DNA from: Moniliella sp. 'wahieum'
Lineage: Eukaryota
Direction of reading: 5' to 3'
NCBI GenBank assembly: GCA_003971905.1
Contig: RSEE01000131.1
Span: 62,001-126,000, forward strand
DNA length: 64,000 nucleotides
Notes under the pieces: generated by a model
Seen by the model: only the letters and a program-made list of their open reading frames with translations
Told to the model about the DNA's origin: nothing
Databases searched by the model: none
Translations under genes and position numbers: made by a program
Shown: positions 10,361-23,125 of the stretch, piece after piece
Position numbering within the stretch: position 1 is the stretch's first letter
How the letters are laid out: every line of letters begins with the position of its first letter

Positions 10361-13178
10361 TCAACCCCGCGGCTGGGTCCAGGGCACATCCGTATCGGCA
10401 TACGGCTCCAACGGAGGCCGATAGGCAATAGCTTGCAGTGGCAGAGCCAACTCTTGGTTCTTGCCCTTGCCCGAACCGGTGGCTGGGTGCCTAGGGCCGC
10501 GCAGATCGCCCACCCGCACGGGCCAGACCACCCCCAGCTCGAAATTGTTCGTATTCCCCTTGGGCGCCAGCGTGCTCCCGGCCACGTAGCCCCACGCCGA
10601 TTGCGTCGGGTTGTGTGAGCCCATGTACACCCACCCCACAATCCTATCGTCTTGGTCTGGGTCTTGGTCTTCCTCTTGGTCTGGGTCTTGGTCTTGCGTT
10701 GGTGGGTGGGCGGCGGGACGGGGCGAGAGGGAGGGTGGAGCTGTTCAGCTTGGCGGGGCAAGCGTTCGAACAAGCTTGGTAACTGGGCATAGTAGTGCGG
10801 GGGCAAAGCGACGATGGTTTTAGCATGGCTCAAGGTAGGTGTTCCGCGTCGCGAGCGTGGCTGGCGAAACAGATGGTGAAACTGTTTCGGTCCTCCGCCC
10901 GCACGCTCGGGCGGCCCAAAAAACGTCCCGGCTCCCGCTGCGCCGTACGCCGAGCGGTGCAGGCATACTCGCGCGAGGGAAAGATGAGGTGGATACGAGT
11001 TGGCCATCGCGTCTGCGGGTCGGACAAGTCAAGGGACGATGGGGAGGAAGAAGAAGAAGAAGAGGAAGAAGGAATGTGGGCTGTCCACGCGCAAAAGCAG
11101 TACGCCCACTGGTATGCGCAAGGGTAGGGGTAGGGGTAGGAGTAGGAGTAGGAGTAGGATGGGTCGAGGTAGAGGTGATGAGGGAAATGTACTTGCGCAG
11201 CGCGAGCTCTTCTGGCGAGCCACCGCGTTTGCTCGCCAGGGCGCGAGCGCGGTCCGACGGGTACGGCTTGGACGGGTACTGGTTCATGAGCGGAAGCACG
11301 TCGTACATGTTGTAGCCCGAGCCAATGAGGTGCAGGTGCCAGAACCATTGGGGCGTGTAGCTGCCCAAGGACGAACCGGCCAAATCCATCACGTACCCTG
11401 CGCCGGGCGGGGCGCGTCTTGCCCGACGCGCTGGAAGGCGGGGCAGACTTCTGCCTGGGACTGGGCATGGTGCCAGTCCCAACCAAGGGCAAGTCAAATG
11501 AGCGCAAGATCCTGCCCAAGCGGCCCAAGCCCGACTGCTGGACCGAGTGCCAGCCTTGCCGCTGGTGCGCATGCGGGATGGAACTGACCAAATGAACGGG
11601 AACCGCATTGGGATGCCCCTCGGATCGTAACTCGTACTTGGCCAAACTTTGAATCAACTCGTTCGTCTCGGGATCTGAATCGCAAACGGCCAAAATCCAG
11701 TTCAGTATTTTTCACACGCCCAACGCCCACCTTCCACTTGCCATGCGCATCTTTCTCCCTCCCCCCTCGGCGCATTTCTCCACTTTCCCCGAACCCAAAC
11801 AAGAAAAAAAACAAGACAAGGCAAGAAGTAAGGAGAGGACGTACAATTGAGCGGGGTGAGAGCGACGATGATTTGTTCCAGCTGGGTGCGCAGGTCGTCC
11901 GGGTCGAGCGGGGGCGGGCCATAGCCTGGGAACCGACGGGGCGCTGAGCCGGATGAGTCGCCCTCAGCCTCGGGACGTTTGCGAGCAAAATCGTGAATGT
12001 AAAACGTATTTTCAATTTCGGCCCAGTCGTACGGGACCAAGTTGCCCGTGGCGACGACCATACGCAAGCGGTCCGGGTAGAAAAACAAGAGCAGCTTGAT
12101 ATGTTGTACGCCGTAGGTGGGATTGGGCATGGTGGCTGTCAAGATGTCCATTGTGCCTGCCTGGCCCTTAACGCCGCCCTGGCCTTGGCCATGCATGACC
12201 AACGTAATTGGTGGTCCCTTGCCGCGCGGCACAACAGGCATCCAAGTTGACACCCACGCTAGATCTAATACGTACGTCGATCCGAATACTCGTTCGAGGC
12301 CGTGCATCGCATCCATCGTCGAAGGTAACGCCACTTCCGCCACCGACGCCCCGCGCCGCGTAGGCGCCGCCAACACGTTCCGACTGTGTCGGATCCCGCC
12401 ACGCCAAAACCGATCCGAAGGCCCAATCGGGCGGTACATGCAAGGCGTCGTGTCCGCACCAGAGGACAAACCAGAGGCAGACGCAGACGCAGACGCAGAG
12501 GTAGAGGTAGAAGTAAACGCAGAAGGAACGGCACCGGACAGGGTACGCGCAACCGACGGACTGGGGGGACGTCTACGCTTCGGGTGTGTAGGTCGGGACA
12601 CCGCATCCCCACCTCCACCTCCACCTCCACCTCCACCTCCACCTCCACCTCACCTCCACCTCCACCTCCACCTCCACCTCCACCTCCACCTCCATCCTCT
12701 TCGTCTTCGCGATCCGAGTCGATGGAAATGACGTGCGGGGGCGGCCGCGCAGGGGGCCCGCCCGGGCGCGTGGAAAGTTTGGCACGTTTGGGCGGAACAG
12801 CGGGACGCGCATGAGCTTGCTCCGTGTCTTGGACTGCGCCGGGAGAAGCACGCGCTTGCCGTGGCCAAATCGAGCCAGGCGCGCTTGGCGCATCGCATCC
12901 AGCTCGGAAGAACGCGCGCCAGTCGAACTGAGATGGGAACGCGAGGACGTCGGCGGAGGGGAGGGAGAAGGTGCTAGTGGCGCCGGCGACGCTGCGGCGG
13001 CGGAGCGGGGGCGGGAGCGGGGGCAGGGGCCGGGGGGGATGACTGGGCGGCAGCAACGCGGGCGGAAGGACGAGGACGGGAAGCTGCCTGGCTCGCGCCG
13101 AGGCTCGTCCAGCTCCGAATCGTACTCGGGCACCGTTGCGTCCGAGTCGTCGCTGAGCACAATCGCGTCGCTCGGCAT
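10361..13178 (-). CDS. TDP1: Tyrosyl-DNA phosphodiesterase 1; intron 11675-11844; frameshifted
   Basis: Two HKN-type motifs: GVQHIKLLLFFYPDRLRMVVATGNLVPYDW and SHAKTI...GWVYMGSHNPTQSAWG...NNFELGVVWP; also GSSLGSY and the terminal PW. Confidence 0.92.
12609..12693. repeat. (CCTCCA)n array within the TDP1 N-terminal coding region
   Basis: Directly visible. Confidence 0.9.
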
Positions 13179-14186
13179 GGCCGCAGGAACGCAAGATGCG
13201 AGTTAAGAGATGCGAAGGGGCACTGGTGGTGGTGGTGGTGGTGGTGGTGGTGGAGCAGGCGTAGGCGTAGGCAGCCTGACGCTGGGGCCAGCCGGTGACG
13301 GTCACCGTCTGTGGAAGATCACCGATCCGCCCCTACTGCCACCGGCCCCACCCATATATCCCCACCACCACACCACTCCGTGTGCCCCCTGGACGCCTTG
13401 TCCCATCTGTAGCCCCCCAACCGCAATGGCCGGGATGGGGCGCGCGGCGTTTGCCTCCCCATCGTGCTGCTGGTTCGCACATGGCTGTGTGCCCCCCTAG
13501 CTTCGGGAAGCCCCCAGGCGCCTGTCCATCTGCCATATGGCGTTTCATCGTCCAGATGGGACACTGGGCGAAGCTGCCACTCGGCAGCAGACGCACAGAC
13601 GCATGAGCCACCACGCGACTCTCTCGTGCTGTGGCCCACTTCGCTTCTGTCCCTCCTCAGGCCTAGGCGTTCCGTTGTTTTCTCTCGCCTGTGGTCCGTG
13701 TTCAGCAGCTTAGCTAGCCCTGGTGGCGACTCGCTCTGCTTGCTGTTCCTCTGTCGGCGTTGTTGGTTCGCTTAGACCATGCACCACCACCACCAGTGCG
13801 AGTGTATCCTCCTCGAGGACCATCAGGCCTCCAGGACGCATCTCCCAGGCGTTGTAGGGGGGAGAAAACCTACAGCGAAACGGGAAAATATATATACGAG
13901 GAGACGAATGGGGGGAGAGTGATGGGTTAGCCTCTCTGGCGGCTGGGAGCGTGCAGAGGGGCGAGTGTCACTGCCCGCGGGGGGGGCAGTCGCTGCGCCC
14001 GCCCACACGCCCCCACCGCACTGCCCCAGTCTCTTTCCACGAGCGATGGCCAGGGGGCCATTATAAGCATGCTCATCATCCGTGCTGGTCTCGGCTACCC
14101 CCACTAGCCACTGGCCAGCCGCATCCCAGTGGGCGCCCACCGTGCGTCTCCGCATCCACCACCACTGTCCAACCACCGCCAGCAAC

Positions 14187-14713
14187 ATGCCGCTGCTCCC
14201 GTCCCTCCCGTCCCTCGCCGCCCGCTCTGCCGCGTCAGCCGCGTCGGCCTCGGCCCGCGCCAGCGCAACCGACTATGTCGCCTACACGCACCACCTCTCC
14301 AGCGACCAGCTGTGGCACTGGGACGGCCGTTCGGGCATCAGCCTGCTGTTTGTCGTTGTCTTTCTCGCCGCGTTGGCGGGGACGTTCCTGCTGCTCATCC
14401 TGCTCAGCCGCTGTGTCTTGGAGCGCACCAACGCCCCTACCACGCCTGCTGTGCTGCCTCCGCATCGCCCGCAGCTCTACGCCGCAGCCCACCTCACCGG
14501 GCGATCATGACCCCATCCAAGCCTCCCTCTCTGCTGCTTGTCCCACCGGCGCCAGGGGACGTGCCCTCGGCCCCCCTCGACCCGACCGAAGCATCGGTTC
14601 CTCTCTTGGCGCCCGGCGTTCCGGGGTGTTTATTGCCTGGTGCCCCGCCGGCAGTGCAGAACCCGCACCGGGTCTCGCGCTACGGTACTCCCAGTGTCGG
14701 AGGGGCGCAGTAG
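14187..14713 (+). CDS. Hypothetical small single-pass membrane protein
   Basis: ATG in context AACATGC; MPLLPSLPSLAARS... followed by hydrophobic GISLLFVVVFLAALAGTFLLLILLS; C-terminus probably continues in another frame to 14713. Confidence 0.5.
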
Positions 14714-15553
14714 GCCCGGCACGGGAACGAATTCGGGATCGGGATCGAATTCGGGATCGGGTGGAGACCCGCACGCGCTTCTTTGGCTGTCCAACGGGCA
14801 GAAGAGGGCGTGCGGCGTGTCCAGTCGATTGGACGCGGCAACCGAGCCCGCACACCCAGCCTTCGCCACAGCGCCCAGGTGTCCCCCTTCCTTGTGGATG
14901 TTGCCTAGACTATTAGACGTTGGGTACTGGGTGAGGCACGCGCACCACCATACCCTCTCTTGGGTCTTTTTATCCTTGTCCCCCTCACCTGTACTCTCCC
15001 TCGCCGCGCACTGTCCTGTCCTGTCCATGTAGAATATACCCCCATGGTGTTCGACTCGCGACGCCGTGATGCATCCATAGCCTGAGGCCACCACATGAAT
15101 CAATCCTTCTCCCTCTTTCAACATGGGTCGGCTGGTCTGCCGTGCCCCATGGCGTCATCCACACGGAGTGCTGTACGCTGCGGTGGGGATGGGGGGGGTG
15201 GCGCTGGGGACGTTGGAGACGTGTGTGACTCTGTAAATATACCCCCGCCACGAACGCGCATCCAAGCGCTGGGCACAGGGCAGGCAACCCTAGCCGGCGC
15301 GGGGTACGCCGCACGGGGCAGTGTGTGGCGCTAGGGTTTGCGCCGCTGGGACACCCGCAACCCAGGCGGGAGGCGCGTATAACAACCACTCGGGCTGCTG
15401 CTGCCGCGTGCTGCCTGCTGCCTGCCGCCGCCAGCATGGGCGCAGGGCCATGTGCGCCCGGCACACGCGACGCTTTCCTTTATCAACCCCCGCCCCTCCT
15501 AAAGCGCCCCCCGCCCCCCATCCCCCTCCCCCATCCCCCCCCCCGTCGCGTGC

Positions 15554-17498
15554 ATGCTGGCCGTGCTCGAGCCTCTGCTGCCCACCTCCCACCCCCGCAT
15601 GAGCAGCCTCCACCCCGCCAAAGCCACCGCCCCCTCGTCCCCCCCTCCTCGTCGGCGTCCCCACCACGCTGCCGCCGCCACGGTCCCAGCCCCAGCCCAT
15701 CCCTGCATCTTCTTCTTCCGCCCGCGTCCCGCTCTCCACGCATCCTCCCCCCCCAGCAGCTTGGCCTCCACCGGCAAAAGCCCCCCCACCACCCACATCA
15801 GCACCACCCGCCACGTCCCCGCCAAGCCCTCAACCACACCCAGCCGCCACCCTGTCCCCTCGCCCAACGGCAGCCTCTCTCTGCCTCTCCGCCGCCTGCT
15901 CCCGCCCCCGCTCTTGCGTCCACCCTTCTCCCTCTCCCTCTGCTTCTCCCCTCCCCTCCTGCATCCTGTCCTGCAGCTGCCAGCCCCACCTCAGTCCCCG
16001 CCCCCACCCCGCACCACCACCCGACGGAAGGAGACCATGCTCCCCTCCCGCCGCTCGATCCGCGCCGCAGGCTGCTCGCCGTGGCGCGGCGCAAGTCCGG
16101 CGCTGGTGTGTTCCGCCGTATTATGGGCAAAGCCACAGGGGATGAGCTGGGCCCGGGATCCCCCGCCGCAACCGCACAGTGCAGGTTCCACCGTCCGTCG
16201 AGCCTCGTCGCCTGCGGCGGTTGCAGCGCGGGGCCCAGTTGACGGCCGCGGCACTTGCCGGCTCGATCCGGCTCCCGGTGGCGTGAGTGCGGGGGCGCCC
16301 CCGCCCACCCCAAGGCCAAGGGGGAAGCGCGTTCGGTCGTGTCGGGCTCGGCTTCGTCCACGCTAAAAGAGATCATGTTGGGTGGGGGACGACGACGGAG
16401 TTCCGTCGCGTCCTCGGGCGGCGGGGCGCGTGGCACCGTCGTCGACTGGCTCGTTGCGGAGCAAGTACGGTGTGTGGGAGGGACGATTGGTAAGGGCGCG
16501 ACGGCGGTGGTGCGCTTGGCGCAAAAGTGGGATGGTGCGACGGCCGAGGACAAGTTGTATGCCGTCAAACAGTTTCGGTCCCGACGCAAGCACGAGACGG
16601 AAAAGATGTACGTCAAGAAACTCACGTCGGAATTTTGCATTTCGTCGACGCTGCACCATGTCAATGTGGTAGAGACGGTGGACTTGGTGCAGGACGAAGA
16701 GCAGCGGTGGTGCGAAGTGATGGAGTTTTGTCCTGGTGGCGATTTGTATGCGGCGATCAAGCGGGCACGATGGCAGTGGACGAAGTGGCTTGTACTTTAA
16801 CAAGTGGTGCATGGGATTGGTTACCTACACAGTGGGCGTCGCGCACCGGGACATCAAGCCTGAAATTACTCTTGGACGCCCAGGGCCGCATCAAGATTAC
16901 CGACTTTGGCGTGTCGGACGTGTTTCGCATGTGCTGGGAAACAGCAAACGCACTATTCGCGCGGCTTGTGCGGATCCGAACCGTACATTGCCACCGGAAC
17001 AGTTTGAAAACAAAGAGTACGATGCTCGCTGGTCGATGTTTGGGCAGCTGGGTGGTGTTGTATTGTCTCCTGATGCACCAGCTGCCCTGGCGACGGGCCA
17101 CCATGTCCGATCCTACTTTTGCCACTTTTGTTCGCACCTACCATGCTTCAGCTGCGCCGGCCCCGCTGGGCCACCTTGCCTCGCACGGAGCACGCACCCT
17201 CTTGAAGCACATGCTCTGCCCGGACCCGCGCCAGCGCTGGTCCGTTCGCCACGTCTTGCACGATCCCTGGGTTGCCACGATTGACGCGTGTGGCGAAACC
17301 GTCAGTAGCTCCCATACCCATTCCGTCGTATTGACCGCGCTGGCATGTTTGCCTCCCCCTTTTCCCACAATGCTTTCTCACGTTTGCAATCTGTTTGACG
17401 ACGGTTCATGTCCATCACGTATTTGGGTTTGCTGTTGTGTCCTCTGCCCTGTTTGGTGCCATCAGCTGCATATTCACAATGAATCGAGAGTAGAGTGA
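15554..17498 (+). CDS. HAL/NPR-family Ser/Thr protein kinase (Hrk1/Sat4-like); frameshifted; both ends approximate
   Basis: IGKGATAVVRL, YAVKQF, YVKKLTSEFCISSTLHHVNVVETVDL, VMEFCPGGDL, VAHRDIKPE, KITDFGVSDVFR, CGSEPYI; long low-complexity N-terminus. Confidence 0.9.
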
Positions 17499-17986
17499 AG
17501 AAAACACTTTCTCTAGAGAAACGACCAAAACGGACCCATGTTGGGGGCTGTGATGCACAACAGAAAGTGTATAGATAGTACCACGGATGCACCGGGCTGT
17601 GCCAGATCTTCTTTTGACCCGTCGATACCATGGGTGGGCACGAACTGTCTTCCAACCAAACGCCGAACAAGGGATGGGATGCTGGCCATGGGGAAAGCTC
17701 TTCTGATATGCCCCTGCGTGAAGCGGTGGCCAAGGCTATGGATGGGCACACGTCGTGGGTAGATTCTCCTCCGAATTGAGGTGGTGGTGGAGGCCTGATG
17801 GAACTCCAAACCCTAACGGGGCTGGGTGCGCACGTGACACGTGACTTGTTCGGCGTGCGCTGAGCGGAATGGTGATTGCGGGGGGCGGAAACGGCGGTGG
17901 TTTATTAATCAAGGTGTTGGCGGCCTGCTCTGCTTTGCTGCCCAGCATGCAGGTTGGCGATCGACCCCACCGTCGTACTTGCTGCC

Positions 17987-18850
17987 ATGTCGCTGCTGCC
18001 GCGGCTGGGTCGCTGGCACGGCCGCTGCTCGCCTCGCGCGCACCGACACGTCCCTTGGCGCCCCACCACATCAGCATTCGCATGCGCCAGACCTGGGTCC
18101 ACGAGCGCCAGCCGCCGCCCAAGGTCTACCCGCTCGACTACCCCGGCAACCTCACCGATATCCGGGACGACCGCGAGCCCGATTTCGACCCGATCGAAGT
18201 CCCCCTCCTCCACCCGGGCGAGACCCCGAGCAAGGACGTGCAGTACAACGGCTACCCCGAGGTGCCTCGCATCCATGCGCGCGACAAGCCCGAGTCGACT
18301 ACGCGCTACTGGAACAGCCAGTTCCACCTCCAGTTTGACCAAGTGGTACGTTCCTCCCCCGTGTGCTGCTGGACCGCCAGGGCGCGCACAGCACACACGC
18401 TGACTGTGACGGATGGATGGATTGATGGGATTGATGGTGGATGAATGGATGCATGCGATGATTCATGATGCATGGACGCACAGATGCACCCAGAAGAGGT
18501 TCTCACCATGTGGGCGCCCGATCCAGTGTCGCACATGACGGCGTGGGACTTGTTCAAGCCGTGGGTGTACACGTTGGGTGTGGGGGCTGTGTTCTGCGGC
18601 TTGGTTTGGGTTGTGACGCCCGAGAAGCAAGCGTTGGATCGTGTATGTGCCCTCTCCACTCCGCCCCTGTGCTCCTTTGTCTTGCCATGTTTGTGGGGCA
18701 GGCGATACTGACTGACGGACCTACTCCCCCCCTACCCGCTTGCTCTCCGCAGGCGTTTGTGCGCAACGGCCTTGCAACGAGGTGATGAAGATCCAGCTGC
18801 ACTCGTACGACGAGCCAGAGTACAAGCTTGCGGAGGAGATGGAGTACTAG
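17987..18850 (+). CDS. NDUFB8: NADH:ubiquinone oxidoreductase 1 beta subunit 8 (ASHI)-like; introns 18346-18483 and 18643-18752
   Basis: Mitochondrial presequence-like start; DVQYNGYP...YWNSQFHLQFDQV/MHPEEVLTMWAPD, one TM helix, then R-F--NGL, matching the fungal NDUFB8 pattern; canonical splice sites. Confidence 0.75.
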
Positions 18851-19085
18851 CTTTGATTGCATGCTTGATTCGATGGATTGGTTGGGCGGGGGGGGGGACA
18901 GCGGAGAGGGCTGGCAGGACGTAGTTAGTGGCAGGGTGAGGGAGAGGCGAGTACTCGACTGAGGCTGTGCGTGCGGGGTAAACAGACGGGCGGGTGCTTA
19001 CTAAGCAGGGCGGGCGGCTGGCTGGCGGGGCGCAGTGGTGTGGATGGATGCTCCACCAGCCGCAAGTGCGCCGACAGCATCCCCA

Positions 19086-22011
19086 TGGCGTCCGCCAGCG
19101 TGTCCAGCAGCGAGCACGCCGTCTCGGCTGCTGCGCCTCCGTCGCATCCGTCGCATCCGTCCCACTCGTCCCATCCATCCCACTCCCAGCCGCCCCCCCC
19201 GCCCCCCCACCCCACGACCTGTTCGCCCCCCCTCGATCGGCTCGGCGCCCAACCCGCTCCACACCTGGATCGCCCAGGCCTCCGACGCCCCGCCGCCGCC
19301 GCCGCCCGGCCTGCCCGACCTGCCCGCCGCCATCTCCGAGCAGACCCTCCGCCGCCTCTCCCGCCACACCCGCCACACCTTCTCCCAGCCCGACCCGCCG
19401 CTGCCGCCGAGGCCATCGCCCACCCCTTTCCTGCCCCCGACGACCCCGCCGCCGCCGAGCCCGAGGTGGAGAGCCTCGCCTCCGCCTCTGTCGCTGGCTC
19501 CCACCGCTCCCGCCGCCGCCGCCGCAAGCTGTCCAAATACGACCACACCCTCGCTCGCGCCAGAGCAGCCGCGCGCCCCTGTCCCGCGCGGCCGCTGCTC
19601 CCGACGCGATGGACGTCCTGCTGGTCGCACCGTCAGCGCGCCGACCGCCCTCCCTCGCCCTTGCTGGGCACCGCCACGGGCACAGCCACCAGCACGGGTA
19701 CGCTCAGGCTGCCGTCTCTGGCCGGCACCAGTGCCGACGGAAAGGAGGAGCGTGCGTGGCTGGGCTCGTTGGCACGCAAAAAGGGCACCAGCTTCTCCTT
19801 GGCCCCGCCGACGCAGCGCTGGGTGGTCCCGATCAAGAATTGGGCGCGCTGGATGAACCGGATGGACCTGGGGCTGTACATCCTGCCCTGCATCCTGCTT
19901 GGCTCGCTGGTGCTCAAGTTCTCCGTAGGCCTGTGGGGGGTGGAGCGGCAAGGGCGTGCCGCCCAAGTACGGCGACTTTGAAGCCAGCGCCACTGGATCG
20001 AACTGACGCTGCACAAGCCCTATTCCCAGTGGTACACTACGACCTCGAGTGGTGGGGGCTGGACTATCCGCCACTGACGGCGTGGGTGAGTCTCTGGCTG
20101 GGCAAATTGGCGTCCCATGCGCCCTCGGTTGCGCCCCACTTTGCCTTGGACACCAGCCGGGGCGACGAGTCGGATCCGCTGGTGGCCTTTATGCGCTTCA
20201 GCGTGGTGCTGTGCGACTTGCTTGTCTATGTGCCTGCAGTGATCTTTTTGTGTATGCGCGTCGCCTGCGCGACCGTCCGTTCCCCCTCGCGCCCGTCCAC
20301 TCGGCCTTGGCCAGCCCACCTCGTCTCGGCCCGCTGGAGAGCAACGTGGTGATCAAGGGCATCTCTGCCGCCGCCATCCTCACCCAGCCGGCACTGCTGT
20401 TGATTGACCATGGCCACTTTCAGTACAACTGTGTCATGCTCGGTCTGTCGACGTGGACGTTTGGGCTGTTGTACAGTTTCCTTCCCAATCATGGGGCCGG
20501 CACCACATTCTTTGACTCGTCTGGCACCGCGGTGGATGACCAACACGGGGGCCAACACCACCTTCCGTTCGCTCTATACGCGCAAGATTTCCTACCAATA
20601 TTTGGTGGCCGCAGTGGCGTTTACCCTTGCGCTGCTCTTTAAACAGATGGCACTCTTCTTTGCTCCGGCAGTGTTTGCCATCATGTTTGGGCGATGTGTG
20701 GGGCTGTACCGGACCGTTGGGTTTGACCCGGCCTTTGCCCTGTTCTGCGGCCTGGGACTGGCGGTGGTGCTACCGACCTGTCTTTGCTTGGGACCTTGGA
20801 TCGCCGCGGGAGACCTAGCTGGCCTGCAACAGATTGTCCATCGCGTCTTCCCCATTGCGCGTGGGATCTTTGAAGACAAGGTGGCCAACGTATGGTGCTT
20901 CTTCTCTGTCCTGCCCATCCCCCATTCGCTCCGGATCAAGAACCTGTTCCCCGCCGCCGTCCTAGCCCGCCTAGCCGCCGGCACCACCCTCGCTCTCATC
21001 CTGCCTTCCTGCATCCTCCTCTTTCTCGCCAGCCAGACAGTCAAAATTGAGACCGAGATCGATACGCAGGCAGTCGAGGCAGCCCACAACCCTCCCCCCC
21101 ACGCTGCACACTCGCTACGCTGCCTCCCTAGGCCAACGTGCGCAGTCGCGCCTCTCGTCGCGCAGGAATTCCCACCCCCTCAAGGCAACCGAGCGCGACC
21201 TCTCTTTTTCCTTGGCCGACACTTCCCCCCTGCCCCCGTCTGACCTGGGCGGCGACACGTCGCGTCGCGGATCGGCCCTGCCTCAGCCTTCCAACTTACC
21301 TTTCATCCCTTCGCTCCGGCTCGACGAGAAGGCCGAGGGGGAAGCTTGGGCGCAGCCTGCGGTGGAGCGAGTGAGCAACTCGCCTTCGCCCGTGGCGGCC
21401 GTCTTGCCCTGGGCCATGGCGCATGCGCGCTCACGTGTTTCTTATTTGGGTTTCAAGTGCACGAAAAGACCATCCTGTTGCCGCTGTTACCAATGATGCT
21501 CTGTCTCACCTCGCCGGACGATGTGTGGGCCGCCGGCGGGGCAGGAACCGAAGCCGAGTGGGTATTGCTCGCCAACAACGTGGGCGTGTTTAGTATGCTG
21601 CCGCTGCTGGAGCGGGACGGACTGGCGTTCCCAACAGGCTTGTTGGTCCTGGGGTGGAACTGGATGGTAGGACTGAGCCCACGCTCTTTCCTTCGTCGGT
21701 GCCTAGCGCTGGTGCAGGACGTGACTGGTCTCACGCTCCGCCCAGCGGTCCGGACGGAAATCACCTTGTCCTGGGCCCAACGGTGTTCCACCCTAGTGCA
21801 TGCCGGCATGCTCGGCATCCGCTTCGCCTCGTGGCTCCTCCCTGGTCGGCCACGCCTTTCTGCCATCGGTGACCGACCAACTGGGCACACGCTACCCGGA
21901 CCTCGCAGCCGTGGCGACCGTCGTACTTGCCACGCCGGCCTTGGTTGTGATCTGGCTCGTGTTACTGTGGAAAACAGTGACAGTCGCAGCCGCATGTGGT
22001 GCTGCGCCTAG
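19086..22011 (+). CDS. ALG6: Dolichyl-P-Glc:Man9GlcNAc2-PP-dolichol alpha-1,3-glucosyltransferase; frameshifted
   Basis: YGDFEAQRHWIELT, WWGLDYPPLTAW, LLLIDHGHFQYNCVMLG, LFKQMALFFAP, HRVFPIARGIFEDKVANVWC, FLFGFQVHEKTILLPLLP. Confidence 0.93.
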
Positions 22012-22366
22012 GCAAGCCATAGTCACCTTTTGTTTTGTCCCCCCCCCCCCTCCCTTCCTTGGCGCGCGTCATTTGAGAGTAACCTCCCACGCGCGGAAAA
22101 AAAGCCGTGGTACGCAGGAATGGGATTGCGCAACCGTTGGATGCACATCAGAGGAAGGAGGATGCGGTGGTGATGTAGATGCTATGGACCACATCACGCG
22201 TGAACCCCTGGGAACCAACAGGCAGGCTAACCCTTAACTCATCAGTCGGTCGATTCTACTCGGGTGGCAGCCGAGCCAAGGAGGGAGGAGTTGCTAGCAC
22301 CGGTCCATCTTCATCTTCCCAACCTTAATCCCTCAGGGGACCGAAAAAAAGTATACGAAAAAAATA

Positions 22367-22481
22367 CGACGGCTACAGGATTTGAACCTATGCGGGCAGA
22401 GCCCAACTGATCGCTCGCCTTTGGAAGGCGTTGAACTGAAGAAGTTCAAGTCAGTCTCCTTAACCACTCGGACAAACCGTC
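22367..22481 (-). tRNA. tRNA-Ser(TGA) with 33-nt intron (22412-22444)
   Basis: Reverse complement GACGGTTTGTCCGAGTGGTTAAGGAGACTGACTTGAA[intron]ATCAGTTGGGCTCTGCCCGCATAGGTTCAAATCCTGTAGCCGTCG: paired acceptor stem, long variable arm, TTCAAAT loop, downstream oligo-T terminator. Confidence 0.95.
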
Positions 22482-23125
22482 TTGTTGCAACCCGAGATCA
22501 GCACCCCTATTTAGTGTGAAAACATATGTTTCTAGATCGAATGTGCAGTACTTACTCAGCCGCGCACTGAACCGAGCAAGTAAGGCACCGTGGAGAATGT
22601 GGCATCATGCACACAATACCCACTTCTTTGGCGGCCGGAGAGCTGCGCTCAACGATGCCAAAATGACGGATCACACACACATTCCCACAGGATGTGGGTA
22701 TGATCCTTGTTCTAGATCTTCCTTGTCCCCTTTTGTGTCTCTTTCCCCTCATCACGCGTGGTCTACCGTGTGATAGCTTCTCCTTCTCCTCTGGTATATA
22801 AGGCGCCATTCCATGCAGCCTGAATGAATACCTGTCGGCATCCGAAGCAATCCCCCTCTTACACAAAGGCCTCACAGTCTTCCTATCTTTTTGTACTCCT
22901 CTCGCCGGGAGTGTTTGCCCACCCCCAATCGATTTCAATTTGCTAGGGCAGATGCGATACGAGCTATATGGTTTGCCCTGATATCCATCCATTCTTCACA
23001 GTCGTACGCGGTATGATGGTTGCTGAATGATGACAAAAACGGACAGAGCCCGTAGGGGAAGGAAACGGGCATATACAACTGTACAAAGAGCCGGGACCCG
23101 CGAGGGCAGCAAAGGAAAAAGCAGG

